The notes: generated from the letters alone by a model not told the origin. 55,566 nucleotides of DNA, filler included, from Sluysia triapertura (GCA_046118255.1; 4 parts of 4 records of this genome joined end to end with filler, not necessarily neighbours in it); one strand, 5' to 3'; counted from the first letter of the whole stretch, positions 21,272-34,787 are shown. Numbers and translations: made by a program.

Positions 21272-23708
21272 AATGGTTTTCTTTTAATTTTCATAAATAA
21301 AATCCCAGTGGTACGTGGCTCTCAAAAGTGTAAATTGTTCACTATTTGCAAACCCTCATTATTAAGAATATTTTGTAAGTAGATTTTCGGTAAAAGAAAA
21401 TATTTGCAATTTTATATCCGAAATTATAGCTATATTTATATCATTCTTATCGATACATGTTTTTGCATTTCTATTGCTTATTCTGAAGCTCCACTCCTTA
21501 TTTTTCTTTCATTATGTTTGACTGTATTGTTGAAATATTTCTTTTCCACTTTCAAATTTCTAAGTTTTTCTTAAGGATCTTGTATTCATAATTTATTTTA
21601 CTTAATATTAAATATTCATTTTAGATTATGTTTTAAATGTTAAAAATAATTGCCTTCTTACAGTATCAATTTAGTATATTTTTTTGATTTAATCATTCGT
21701 AAATAAATAAATATAATAATTATATTATAAATTATTTTATCAATATATTAATATTTAGTGAAGAATAATTTGTATTTATTGAATTATAATTTATATATAG
21801 ATTGGTATTGCTTAGTTTCATCAATGTTTACTCATCACGATTTCATACATTTATTTTTGAATATGTATGTGCTGCATTCATTTGTTTCGACTATAGAAAA
21901 TTTCGGAGTGCCTCAATTTTGCGCAGTTTATTTTAGTGGAGGTTACATTTATACTGAAATGCGACGTTTTTAATTTTGATAATTTTTTACTTTTTCGAGT
22001 ATCAAGATAACTCATGAAATAAATCAATAATAACTCAAATTTGCTTAACCTGATACTATATTTCAATGCATGCTAGATCAACGATCTATGCAAATTAACA
22101 TCAAAATGCTGACTTTTACAATACTTAGATACTCATTAAATATACAATATATTGAAGAAGAGATGTATTAATCAAATGCAGATGTAGAAACTCAAACATT
22201 AGACAATGAGAATCAACTTCTAAGAATTTCATTTACGTATGAATAGAGAATTTGATATGGAAATATGATATGGAATTTGAGTTTCAGTATTCCATTACAA
22301 CTTGCTAATATTTTTCATTCACTAAATTATAATTTACACTAAAAGAACTCAATAAGTTAATTGTTTTCATATTTCGTAATTAAAGTTTCTGCAATATTTA
22401 TGAATAGTTGTACATAATCTGTGTATAAGCATAAACACGTAGTACTTATAAATCTCTAGAACCGTGTAAGCTTGATTACGAAATTAGCATTCAATTTATT
22501 CTGAAGTATACATCCGGAATGAACGCAAATCGCCAATTACATAATCAAAAGATTTATACAATAAATTAAATAAAGTAAATTCTTTAAAAAATTATGTGGA
22601 AGTTTTTAAAAAAATTAATAAAAATTTTTCTAAATTAATAAATTGGCGAAGATGACAAATCAGCAATCACAGTATCGTCGATCTGTCTAGTACCACGATT
22701 CAACTATAGTAGCAATGTACAGTAAGAAATTTAAAGTCAGCAGTGAGAAAAGTTTCCAAATCAACGAAAGAGAAGATTCAAATGTAAACATGCATACGAT
22801 ATCCCAAAGGTGTTAATATGAAAGCTGAAAATAATAATGGCAGGTCACTCTATTATTTCCTTTAATGAAGCGTTTGTTTTCGACGTTGATAATACTGGTA
22901 AGTTTACACACGCTTGTACGTACAATCTCTACAACAATAAAGGAGAATCTTTAACCATTAACACTCCGAGAACTCAAAATTTGTGCAATGAGAAGAAACA
23001 AATCAACTGAAAATTAGTCAACATTTCTAAAGAATGTAATAACAATATTCACAGAGTGAAACAGAAATTTCATAAGTAGGAAAGAATCGAATCAATTACA
23101 ATAATTATAACCACTAAATTAAAGGATGCTATGGTATTCATACTAAAAGTGCAGATATGATTAGTACATCTCTAAGTACATTAATTAAAAATAGTTCCAA
23201 GACTGAAATTGAAACTAGTAATATACTATTGTGTAATTATTTCAATTATAAAATTGATTTTTGGCGAAAATATTAAATATTATGTTTTTATTAAATATTT
23301 GGTTTTTAATTAAATAAAGAAATTACAAGAACAAAATTGGAAACAATTATTGCAAATCTTAATGTGGTAGCATCATTTTTAAGTTACGGTTGTAAATACT
23401 AAAATTATATTATATTATTAATATTACTAGATTGCTTCAATTTTAAAATTTCATTCTTCAATTTATGATTCACCTTTACTTTACCGTTTTAATAATAATA
23501 AAATTAATATTGATATAATATTAAGGAATTATAATTATATTTTCGTATTTTATAATTAAGGTCTCTTCTCAGGTTTATTTTCTCTTTATGTCAATCGTTG
23601 GTTAGGATTAAATAAACCTGGAATAGGTGCAAGTGGTGCTTTACTTGCATACGTAGCTACGTATTGTACAATGCATCCAAATATACGGTTAAACTTTTTA
23701 AATTTAAT
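21272..23708 (+). CDS. PARL: PARL-type (mitochondrial) rhomboid intramembrane serine protease, partial; exons 21801-21941 and 23561-~23687/23708, tentative upstream exon 21272-21374
   Basis: Spliced peptide WYCLVSSMFTHHDFIHLFLNMYVLHSFVSTIENFGVPQFCAVYFSG|GLFSGLFSLYVNRWLGLNKPGIGASGALLAYVATYCTMHPN contains rhomboid F-x-H..H..NMYVL and the catalytic GASG, with phase-matched GT-AG junctions. The catalytic His exon (AHLGG) was not found before the contig end. Confidence 0.88.
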
Positions 23709-23909
23709 GTGATTCAATATTAAACTAATCCATTTTTATTTTATTTATAAATATATAAGAAATAATTATTTACATGTACATGAATGGTATGTTATGGTGT
23801 AATATAGTGTAGATTTCAAATATATTTGTAAATTTAGTTGTCTTAAACAATGCATTTAATTCTTGAATTATCAACAAGATTTACATGGGCATCCAAACAT
23901 TTTATAATA

Positions 23910-24958
23910 CAGGGTTTTTCATTTAATTTAATGCCTTTGTCATTTAATTTAATCCTTTAATGATAAAAACTATACTTTAATAATTATGAAAATATTCATT
24001 CCATTAAAATATGGTAAAATAAAAAATAAAAACATCCTTAATTGAAAGGAGCATTCTCAAAGACTTTGAACAAAAATTTCTTCATATGCGCAAAATATGC
24101 GGTACAATTTTCAATTGATATATCAAAAGAAGAAAAATGCTATTTTTTAGTTCTTCCTCTGTTCTACAATTTCTAGATTTAATCGAATTTTTCCATTTTG
24201 TAAAAACCTCTTCAATTAGGTTTAACTGAGACACGTAAGGAGGTTAAATGTGCAAAATTCCTGTATTAGAGTTAATTTATGAATGGAAGCATTGTCCATT
24301 ATAAGAATTCTACCACTTAAATTGTTCTGAAGAAGTTTTTCAACAGTCTCTTGTATAGCAGAAAAGTATGATTCCCCAGTAAAAGCCGTATCTGAAATTT
24401 TAAATTGAATTAGTGATGTTTTCGACATCGCTACACAAATTGAAAATTTTTTACTCCTTACGGATGCGACAGTTTTGGTGGGAGTAGTTCTTTCCTTGTT
24501 CTGCAACTTATTCCCATTTCCATCTAAAAAGATCAAATAGTTTTCTTCTAGTGGAAGAATCAAATCAGCATATTGTTTTCTTTTCAATATTAGCTTCTGT
24601 ATTTCGACATTGCGGTACCAAAGAAATACGCTTAAAACTATCAAGTGCTCTGTTAATTGTTACAATGTTGTTGAAACATCATCTTCAATGATACTTTTTA
24701 TATAATTTTTTTCATTCTCTCCGATTTTCGTTGTTCTAGGTGCACGAGTGCTAAGTTTGTCAGTTCTTATAGGAAATACTGTTTTAGAATTTATATTAAA
24801 ATCTAAAGATATTTCCTTTACTTTTTTGATTTCAAACCTTCGACAGTTTCCACGTCTAATTTCATTATTAACTGTTGCGTTTTCATTTATAACTTAGTCT
24901 AAATAAAAATCCGGATTAAATTAAATGACAAAAGGATTAAATTAAATAAAAAACCTTA
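23910..24958 (-). mobile_element. Tc1/IS630-type DNA transposon, near full length but decayed, with ~45-bp TIRs and TA target duplication
   Basis: Left end TA|cagggtttttcatttaatttaatgcctttgtcatttaatttaatcc; right end ggattaaattaaatgacaaaaggattaaattaaataaaaaacctta|TA. DDE motifs IFLD, LIMDNASIHK and (frameshifted) PYVSQLNLIEEVF. Confidence 0.92.
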
Positions 24959-25485
24959 TAATTTTGTATTTTTATAAGAATTAAAGGTGACACAATTTTT
25001 ACTTATTTCAAATGGCTATAATGCTTTTTATGTTATCTTAAAATAGTTTTTAACCAACATGTTTTCAATTAGTTTTGGTTATGTACACGATAATTATCAG
25101 GTGTACTAATGTAAATCAATATTTCTAAAAGTAAACAAAATATGTATGTCAAGTTCGTAAAAGAGATAAAACAACATTGTATGCAAGAGTTTTCAAAATT
25201 GTTTAAGTCGAATGATTCTATGTTTCAATAAATTTTTGAATATATAGTGTAATATTGGTATTATTTTAAATAACGTTCATTTGTGGTGAACCAACTCACA
25301 ATCCAAAATTTTATTCTAATAACCTGTTAGATTTTGGATGTGAGAATAAAGCTAAAATAAGTAGTGAGTTCACTAACGTATTGGGCTTACAAACTTAATG
25401 GCCAACCTTTGGATTTTTAAATTAAAAAATGGAGGCTAATAATTTAATTTAATATTTTAATAGTTTAATAATAATTTAATATTTT

Positions 25486-25585
25486 NNNNNNNNNNNNNNN
25501 NNNNNNNNNNNNNNNNNNNNNNNNNNNNNTTAATTAATTAANNNNNNNNNNNNNNNNNNNNNNNNNNNNNNNNNNNNNNNNNNNN
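25486..25585. other. Artificial contig spacer
   Basis: 44 N + TTAATTAATTAA + 44 N. Confidence 0.98.
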
Positions 25586-27989
25586 CTGATTGTAGCGTTG
25601 ATATTATATCAAATATACTGAGGTTTTGAGTTTATTTAATTATTGATTTTTGATTTAATAATTTGGGAAGGTTAAAAAATATTAAAAGACACAACAAGTT
25701 AAATTTATTATTGTCAAGTTTGGAAAGCTTTTGTTGGTGGTGGTTGAATAGAAATAAATCTATCATAATTGAACTAATAATTTGGGAGATTCAATATTAT
25801 CATCGAATTGCCTATATCATCGGTACTATTTATCATATTATGAAATATATTAGGTTTGCATATACGTATTTTATTAGTATTTATTATGTTGCTGCTTAAT
25901 TATCTTATTTTTATTTGAATTAAAATATGACCAAATAGTTCATAAACTCCATTGAGGTTTAGTTAAATAATTGCTAACACTTAAAGCAATTATTTTAATC
26001 ATATTTTCTGTGAATATTGCTATAAATTACGCTGTTTTCATGGCAAGAATATGTTCTTATATTACACTTGTCGTAGTCTATTATGATTCAACGAAAACAT
26101 ATTTTTGCATATTATGATGTGTATATGGTACATTACACAATCATCAAATCATGATTAATATATTGTAAATATCATTATCTAACATTACAATATTTTCTCC
26201 TACAATTATTGTTTACATGTTTAACCAAAAATACATTAATACTAAGTCTTAATAATCAAACTAGAAAATATTTCCTTACTGACGAATTGTATCTTGAAGT
26301 GTGTTGTCTTATTTCTGTTATATTTTTGTATTATATAAACTCCCGTCTTCTGAATTTAATGGTTTTGTTCAATATAACGTTATTTTGTTTTGTAAAAGGC
26401 CTTAAGCCTAAGTTAAATGTTTTTAATCATGTTAAAAAGAATAATTGAAATTTTTAATGTATTTAAATTAATTCTAAATTAACAAAATTTGTAACGCCCA
26501 CAACACATAAATAAGAATTAATTAAAATTTGATTTTGCTAAATATTAAGACTCAGTCACACTATACCTTTATCGAAACATATTTTTATAACAATACATGC
26601 AGTTTTAATTTTGACGTAGCATTCCGTATTCAACCTTTATTTATAAAACATACTTTTCCTTCATTAAGTTAATTAAAATTTTAATTAATTAATTTACTTA
26701 ATCTATTTAATCTATTTTTAGATTAAAAAATCAAATCTTTCTAATAATAATTAATAACAATAACTGAATAACAAAATCAAGATAATCAAAACTTCGATAT
26801 ATTTTAATAATTACAAGAGGAAATACAATCTTTAAGATATTCTTTATTCACAATATATCTTTCATTAATTAACAAATAAAATAAAAAACAAAATTTCTCA
26901 GCTATAAAACAATGATTTCACAAAAACTTAATATTCAGATTCAAGGGTTATACAATATAATTTATTTGATACCAATATTAATCCTTATATTTTACGAAAA
27001 ACACACTTCAAAATAAATTCCCCAAAATTTATGGGGATTCCAAAGATAAAACTTATTTTAATTTAATTCAAAAAGGAATTCCGTAAAAATAACAAAAATT
27101 ATTTTATAATGTTAAACAAAAATCCTAGGGGAATTCCTTCAAAATATGCACGACTTATTTTAAATATTAAATAAAAATCAAAGCAAAATATTTACTTGCT
27201 TACTTAAATATTCAAACTTATTAAAAATAAAAATAAAATTAAAATTATTACCCGAACATGGATCTTCTTAACACTATAATTTTGTTCCATTTTGATTGTA
27301 TCTTTTTCTTGTCATAAAATTTTTAAGTATTCCCTTTTATACTTTTGTGTCATCCAATCTTTCCAAAATTCACAATCAGAAATACTTCTACACAAATCAT
27401 CAGAACCTCTTTTGAAGACCAGACCGACCATGACAATTTTGACAATTAAATGACATGAACTATGAAAAACAACTATCAATCAACCATTCACAATCTACTC
27501 TATTTTTTATTCTACTCTACTCGATCTATTTTTTCATATATTACTTCTTACATTAAAATAACAATTATTTTTTATTATCAACACACTTAACAATGATGAA
27601 TTTAACTTTAGATTTTGGAATTCAATTAATTCTTAATTAATCACACTCAAATTTCTAATGTAAAATGCCTAAGGTTTTCATTCCCAAACATAGCAAGCAT
27701 TCCATCTTTTCATCATTCTAAATATGAAAAAATTCAATATTTTTAAATTAAAAATTAATTAAAATTCGACTTTATTCAATATGAAGGTTTTCTTCACATG
27801 AACTCGGTCAAACCTTTTTTCATCGAAAGATCTCTTAAAAAAATACATACACATTTACATTCCGCACTCAAAAGTTATTCACACAAACGGAATTTTTCTT
27901 AATTAAGATTTTAATTAAGTAATTATTTAACTTTGGCATAATTTTATTTTATGTTTAAAGAAGATATAAAGCTGCTAGGTACTTTATAA

Positions 27990-28735
27990 GGTACTCAGGT
28001 TCTAGACATTTTCACTTTTAACACTCTCATTCCTTTTTCTTCGTTTTATGTTAATTATTAATGTATCAAATTTATTTTTAATATTATTAACCATGATTTT
28101 AGTTCTTGAACATTTTAAAGATTTCAAATACTTTACAAGGTTATCCGAATGCCTCAAAGGTTCCAAAAGATCAACAAGGTCTCAGAAGCCTCCATAAGGG
28201 TCTTAATACCCTACGAAGGTCTTTGGAACTCCAAGATGTACTTTCGTATCAAAATGATTATAAAAATTTTTCTTCATCATTCTTATTCTAGCAATATTTA
28301 ATTAAGTGCATGTTATGTTTTAGATATTTTATATCACTTTTTTCAACATATTTTAAATTCTCTAACCTTTTAATCCATTATCTACCTCGAGTATAAAGTT
28401 ATATAGTTCTTAATGAGGTATTCAGGGATCACTTTGACCACTCTGATTCCTTTTTCTACCTCTTTATATTAATTATCAATGTCAAATTTATCTTTATTAT
28501 TAATAACAATAATGCCATTTCTCAAATGTTTTAAAAATTTCAAATATTTCATAAATTACTCAAAGGTCTCAAATTGTCCTAGGTTTTACCCAAACACTTC
28601 AAAACGTTTTCCCAATCCATCTTAAGCTTCTTAAAAGATTCAAACATCCTACAAATGTCTTTGGAATTCTTCAATTTCCAAAATAACTACAGATGTTTGC
28701 ATCTTCATCATTCTTACTTATACAATATTTATAAT
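27990..28735. repeat. Diverged tandem duplication (two copies, ~430 bp apart)
   Basis: Collinear shared blocks: cactct(c/g)attcctttttct, ttaattat.aatgt, atttcaaata, gtctttggaa.tc, tcttcatcattctta..caatattta at ~27990-28300 and ~28418-28735. Confidence 0.7.
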
Positions 28736-28863
28736 GTGCCATTTATCATTATAATAGTGAAAACAATACGATCTACAGCATAAAAATTAAATTTGTGTTA
28801 TAATCACGAACTAACTTCCAATTAAACGATATTTTCATTAATGTTATTGAAATTGAGAAGCTA

Positions 28864-29363
28864 CAGTTGTGGCCACATTATTAGACTAAAGACCATCTTT
28901 GTCTTTTTTCAAAGATACAATGAAACTATTAATCAAAAGTGTATAAAAACATTGTCACGGAAAATTTAAAATAACTACTTTTTCCAAAAAATTCTGGTGA
29001 AAGTAAAATAATAGATAAAAATACTGAGATCTAAAACATGCAGAAGTTTTATTCATGGAGAATGATAACACTATTTACTACAAATCAAATATGTACAAAC
29101 TGTTTTATCAGTACTTTGTTACCCATTAATTTCCTGATCCTTAAAGGCGCATGCCACGGATGAGCTTGAGGCACGAGTCTTTGATCTAATCATCGTGATG
29201 TCATACCTTTATCAGGGTTTCAATAAGTTCCGTCCTCGTGGTTGGTTTATGAGATTTTCAATGGGATTCATATCTGAAGGTTTCCAGACCAGGGTAGCAA
29301 CTAACACCACGATATAGAGAAACATATTTTTCCTGTGTTAGTCTAATGATTTGGCCACCATTG
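28864..29363. mobile_element. Non-autonomous Tc1-like element, copy 1
   Basis: TA|cagttgtggccacattattagacta ... tagtctaatgatttggccaccattg: ~25-bp TIRs. Confidence 0.8.
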
Positions 29364-29541
29364 CACGTATTACTGATGCGTAATTATCTCTAATTTAATG
29401 AACTATTAACCTTTAATGATTTTTCTTAATTATTAAAATTATTATATAATTAATCGACAAATGCGTCGAACAATCCGACTATCTATGGGACGATTTTTTT
29501 ATTCATAAAAATATTAATATGCAGTGGCATTACTAGTCATA

Positions 29542-29965
29542 CAGTAGTGTCTAAATTATTAGACTAAAAGAGGGAAAATGTTTTTCTTAAGATTTGCTCA
29601 TTATTAAATATGTAAGATACGAAATATTATGTATAATATACAAAATGCGATATATAATATAGATATGTTCTAAATCGCGAGAAATGATAGATCGTAAAGC
29701 TACCAGTATGGCTTCGCAGAAGCAGTTAAATCTTGCGGAATTCACATTAGTGCCAGACAGTCAGAAAGAGACTTTAGACAATAGTTTGCGAACGAAACAA
29801 CCCAGAAGAAAGCATGGGTTAAGCAACACCAACACTTTAACGGAGTCGTTCTTTCGAGTATTGGATGGCAAGACCATCTGTGTAAGGAGACCTACTGAGT
29901 TTCTCCTTGAGTGGGTCACAGTATCCTTGCAAATGGTCTGTAGTCTAATAATTTGGCCACCACTG
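29542..29965 (+). mobile_element. Non-autonomous Tc1-like element, copy 2 (internal deletion derivative)
   Basis: TA|cagtagtgtctaaattattagacta ... tagtctaataatttggccaccactg|TA. Internal peptide TESFFRVLDGKTICVRRP resembles the Tc1 DESxF..DG..VRRP motif. Confidence 0.82.
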
Positions 29966-32295
29966 TATCTAGAAAAAATTGTATTAATCAAGTATTGTGA
30001 ATACGTAACTTTATATTTTCGTAGAACGGTTCATAAAATCTTTCATAATTTTGGCTATCTCAGATGTTGTTTATTTTGACCACTAATTTAAATAGACAAG
30101 ATCCAACAGATATCTTATTAAATTTATAAAAATAAACAAACCGACAACTATAACATAAAGTACAAAAAGCAATAAAATAAATAAATTTCATCTATAATGT
30201 AAGTAGTACACATAAAATAATGATATATTTATTCTAATAAATATATTTTATATTCTCATCTAATATCATCTTGATTGTTTTATTGTTATTAAAATATTAT
30301 TTTAACTCATAAATGCCGCTAACAATTCTTAATCGACTATGATGGCAACACAAACAAAGTTATTCTGCCAAAAAAACGTACTACTACGTCAGCGGCTACT
30401 GAATTTCGAATAAAAAATGACGTATTACTACGTCAACGACCAGTAGTGAGTTTTTAATTTTGCGTTATTTTGATATCTTAGCACATTGTGACTTGGTACT
30501 TGCCCCGGCTTTATCCAGCTTGCGGGACAATATTCGCGATGGCGCGTAATCGATTCAAGAACGAATTGTTTTCGTCGAATCTACTTTTATGAGTTAATAA
30601 ATTGTGCACTTAACTGTAGAAAAGGTACAATTGATTGTATATGTATGTATGCATAATTTTAAAAATAGACGAAATAACTGGAAATATTATGCACTAACTG
30701 TAATTCCCGTTTTTCATTTGTAGAAAATAATAAATTTAAATATTAAAATGCAATTACTGTGTCGATATTTCTCCACATCCTTGCATGCCATTCAAACAAT
30801 AATACAAGCTCATCTAGGGTTTTGAGCGACCCGGCAAAACAAAATATGGTGCCCTTTCATACAAGAATATACAAATTTACTGCGAATTAAAAAAATAGTA
30901 AAAAATATCAAAAAATCAAAATTACACAATAAAATAATACAATAGTTATTTACTTACAAGCGATACAACATATGGAAGTTTGAGCGATGAAGGAGCGATA
31001 ACTTGCAAAAGTAAATTGTGCTATTCCTGCTGCATACATGGGACACACAAGATTTTTGTAAAAATTCAATAACATAGTTAAAATTTTTTTTTGAAAATCA
31101 GTTTGTAAACAGTTTACAATATTAAAATAATTATGATAATATTGTGACCTTTATTTGGTATTATTAAAGCAAAAAATTTATTACTTGCTAAAAAAATCGA
31201 TGTCTCATGAACAATTATCAATTTTAAAAAATATTTTATTTTTATATCGGCGTCCGAGAAGTCACCTGGCTTGCCCGCCCTTTATCAGGAATCGATCTAA
31301 AAGTACGACCATCAAGTCGTGGTGTATGCAACAGATTACAATTCAGACAGAAAATTTATACAGATTTTAAAAATATTCCAGCATTAAAATTAAATATTAT
31401 ATGATTACAATTGTAGATGAACTATTATTAATAATCAATAAGAAAATATAATAGGTCGGTCGAATAATATCAGTTATCTAATCATATTAAAGAAATGACT
31501 CCATTGGTTTTTCGTGCGACAATTTAACAACGAATCTTTATCACCAAATACCTAAATAAATATAAATGAAGTTCTAAATTTAACACTGAATCTACTACGA
31601 ACTAATGACTTTTAATTTTATATATAGGTAAATAAATTTGCATTATTAAAAAAATTATATATTACAATAAATCTGATGACTGATGATGGTATGAATTGGT
31701 ATGCTTAGTGTTAATATATTCATAGCAGAATGGTTACTGTACTTATTAGCAAACATAATTTTCAAATGACGACTGCGGGTAATAAGTTGACCTGTTCCAG
31801 GATCTTTTTATCGTGGTGTTAGACATTCGTTTCCACGTTTCTCATTCAATATATATAGTACAAAGTAAATACTCAAAAGAGCTTAAAATAAATCATTCAC
31901 TATAATATTTCTGAAACAGAAACAACTTTGCCTTTTTCTTAAATATTTCATAATCTTCCAGTAATTTCATATTCTCTGGTAGCTGGTTGTGTATTTTTGA
32001 AACATAAAGGGTATACCACCGATCACCTAGCTCTTATTATTACTTGGATTCCGTTAAGATTTTTATTATATCTTGGTTTCCAATATGTTAATTGAATTAA
32101 ATCTGGGAGCTTACTTCGGAACAGATATGTCATATTAGAATGGAAATGCAAAATTGAATAAAACCAACACATAGAACAAAATCTATCACTGTGGATTCTG
32201 TATAGATTATTATTATGTCTCAATGAAATATTATTCATCTTGGTTTTCCAATTTTTTATCATTTCTAAAAGATATTCAGCACTTCCGCAATGTAA

Positions 32296-32620
32296 TCATT
32301 TGTAAATTATTGTCATGATTCTGAATTCTATTCTTGCTTTTATTGCCAACCAATGTAATTCTTTAAGATAAAATGTTACATGAGATTTTCTCCCCACTTG
32401 GAGAATTAGTTTTGCTACTTGATTAATTATTAATTGTAATTTTTTCACTTTTCTATATGAAATTGAGTACAATAAATCACTGTTACAATCTATATTGTTA
32501 GTTATCAATGAATGTTTATTATCCCCTACAATTAACTTTGTTTCATTTTTATTACTGAAGATTACAATTTTTGACTTTTCTTCATTGATTTTCAAGTATT
32601 TATTTCCAAACCAATTAAAT
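32296..32620 (-). mobile_element. L2/CR1-group non-LTR retrotransposon ORF2 C-terminal remnant
   Basis: WFGNKYLKINEEKSKIVIFS..KLQLIINQVAKLILQVGRKSHVTFYLKELHWLAIKARIEFRIMTIIYK matches the L2 signature W..N.LKLN..K, LQ..QN.AAR, H.T..L..LHWLP+..RI.F+. Confidence 0.88.
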
Positions 32621-32769
32621 TGAAGAAACCAACTGTAGCCGTGATTTAAATATGGTGATTAAAATTATGGATTTCTAATTCGATAAGATAATCAATTATA
32701 AGGAAGACGTTTATTTATAAGTGATAAACAAAAAGCGTCACAAATTAAAATAATAAATGTCACGTTGTA

Positions 32770-32822
32770 AATTACGGATGATCGAATTACGGATGATCGA
32801 ATTACGGATGATCGAATTACGG
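32770..32822. repeat. 15-bp tandem repeat (aattacggatgatcg) x~3.5
   Basis: Directly visible perfect copies. Confidence 0.95.
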
Positions 32823-32887
32823 TATAATATTAAAGGAAAAACTTTGACTATAAAACGTTACAATCATTTTATTATCATAATTTGTCA

Positions 32888-33038
32888 ATTTTATTACCTG
32901 CTATCGAAAGGTTTCATGATTTTCACGCTCTATTATTTTATTACCTGCTATCGAAAGGTTTCGTGATTTTCACGCTCTATTATTTTATTACCTGCTATCG
33001 AAAGGTTTCGTGATTTTCACGCTCTATTATTTTATTAC
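32888..33038. repeat. 47-bp minisatellite x~3.2
   Basis: Unit attttattacctgctatcgaaaggtttcgtgattttcacgctctatt; ttacctg recurs at 32894, 32941 and 32988; one substitution in copy 1. Confidence 0.95.
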
Positions 33039-33719
33039 TTGAATACAACTAAAAAGCATAATAAGTTAATATGTTATTACAGAAATCTTCGAGAAAATCA
33101 GCGACGACTTATTAATAAAGATTTCTGTTATAAGATTGAACACGATTAATCATTTTTCTCCATGTCATTGTAAAGTTTGTTTAGCATAAGTGAAACTTGA
33201 ATTAAAATCTCAAAATCCTTTTAAAATTAGAAACTATCCAATACTAGAACGAAATCTCCAATATTTTAAATTGATTATCTATATTGATAATTTGGTGTGG
33301 AATTTTGATAGCACTCTGTAATACATATTTGCTTATTTACATGTTATACACATTTTGTTTAAAATAAAGCTTGTTATTGAGAAGTAATCGAATTACGTTA
33401 AACGAAGAGCGCCCTAGCAATAACTTGATTTTTAAGAAGAATAGTAGTTAAATTTTGTTTATTGTAGTCGTCCTTACAACTACGTCCTCTCTCAGACAAA
33501 AAGTTGCAGACTGTAAACGGACCCGTACTATTATTATCTATTTGTTTCAAAAGTAAAAATAAGAATTAAAATTATGCGTTTATCTTTTAATATTAAGATC
33601 CCAATAGATCAGGGTCCTTATCAAAACAAATGGTTTACTTTCGAGCTTCAGTTTCGACTATTCGAAGTAGTTCGGTTCATTCTACATGAAATTAGAATAC
33701 CATTTGAAAATGTTGCAGA

Positions 33720-34025
33720 AAGAATAATGCCGAGTTTCATTTTTCATCAGCATATTGTTAGACTTCATAAGTGGGACTGACCGGAAATCGAACTCTGGCC
33801 CTCTCGATGATAATGATACAAGGAAGGTCTTCTTGTATTCTTCGATTTCCTATAATTAATGGATGCAATGATTTCTTGAAGTGAGTGAAACCATCAGATC
33901 GAAGTAGCGCGGCTTGGTGAGTACGACAAGATCAAAGAGAAGTTCGTACATAATAATGACCCGTGCTCTATCCACTGAGCTATAAACCCTGTCTAACAAT
34001 TTTGTTTTATTACAGTCAATTATAA
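33720..34025 (-). mobile_element. tRNA(Cys)-derived SINE/pseudo-tRNA copy A, interrupted in the anticodon region by a ~136-bp insertion
   Basis: Minus strand: GGGTTTATAGCTCAGTGGATAGAGCA (A box) ..insert.. ATCGAGAGGGCCAGAGTTCGATTTCCGG (B box); resembles metazoan tRNA-Cys(GCA). Flanks are homologous to copy B. Confidence 0.75.
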
Positions 34026-34337
34026 TTTTATATTTATTAAACATTTTAAATGCAAATTTTATAAATTGTAAAAGAAATAAAAATAAACAAACCGCAACGT
34101 AGTATTTCGCCCTAGAAAACACCAAATTGATTAAGTTTTTGCTACTGTGAAACGTAACATCGGTAATCGGTACACATGAAGAATCGGTTCTATTTTTCTT
34201 CGACATTTCATATACTTCGTCAAAAAATGACTGTGAAAATATCGTCGAAATAAACACAGCGTCATATTCACGTCCTGAATGTGAAAAAAATTAAATAGAT
34301 AAATTGTTGGGTATACAGTGCCATAGAATAATGATAG

Positions 34338-34485
34338 TATAATTGACTATGATAAAACAAAAATCGTTAGACAGAGTAAAGCATCGAAATGCACAACGAG
34401 AGGGCCCGAGTTCGATTCCGGGTCAGTCCATTCATTTAAATCTAACAAAATAAATAAATTATTTAAAATGAAACATTAATTCTTT
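34338..34485 (+). mobile_element. tRNA(Cys)-derived SINE/pseudo-tRNA copy B (A box partly deleted)
   Basis: gcatcgaaatGCAcaacgagagggcccgaGTTCGAttccgggtcagtcc; shares the upstream tataattgact..taaaacaaaa..gttagacag and downstream tctaacaa..aaaatgaaac with copy A in inverted orientation. Confidence 0.75.
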
Positions 34486-34787
34486 ATATAATAAAATATT
34501 AGAATTTGACCATTGAGTTTACGAGGAATATATTATTCATCATACATTAATTCTGACACTAGTACAGTAATATTGACTCAGATCAAATATTTCCCATCCT
34601 TCTTATGACATATTCATAACATTAGTTTTATCCATAGTTTTTATATTGAGTAGACAAAATTTTTACACGTGATTTGAATTTGGAAATTATATCTTGTAAA
34701 AATTACATTTCATTTGATTTAAACATTCTTTGGATATGGATGTTATATCTTTCATAAATGAATTGATTAGATTTTCTAATTTTGAAC

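Noticed and set aside
30815-31290. GC-richer ends suggesting another MITE
   Set aside because: Could not define convincing TIRs or a target duplication.
32023-32262. 79-aa minus-strand ORF next to the L2 fragment
   Set aside because: No recognisable motif; cannot be assigned without a search.
32888-33038. CRISPR-like palindromic repeats (also 39980-40092)
   Set aside because: The 47-mers have no spacers; the 40-kb units are degenerate with related spacers; eukaryotic context and no cas genes.
33725-33760. Hammerhead ribozyme-like CTGATGA..GAAAC on the minus strand of the SINE tail
   Set aside because: Stems II and III and the UH cleavage site cannot be formed; absent from the second copy.
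33772-33990. Intron-containing or ochre-suppressor tRNA (rejoined loop reads CATTATC)
   Set aside because: Acceptor and T stems are mismatched, the insert has a TSD, and the sister copy has GCA, so this is a decayed tRNA-Cys-derived repeat.
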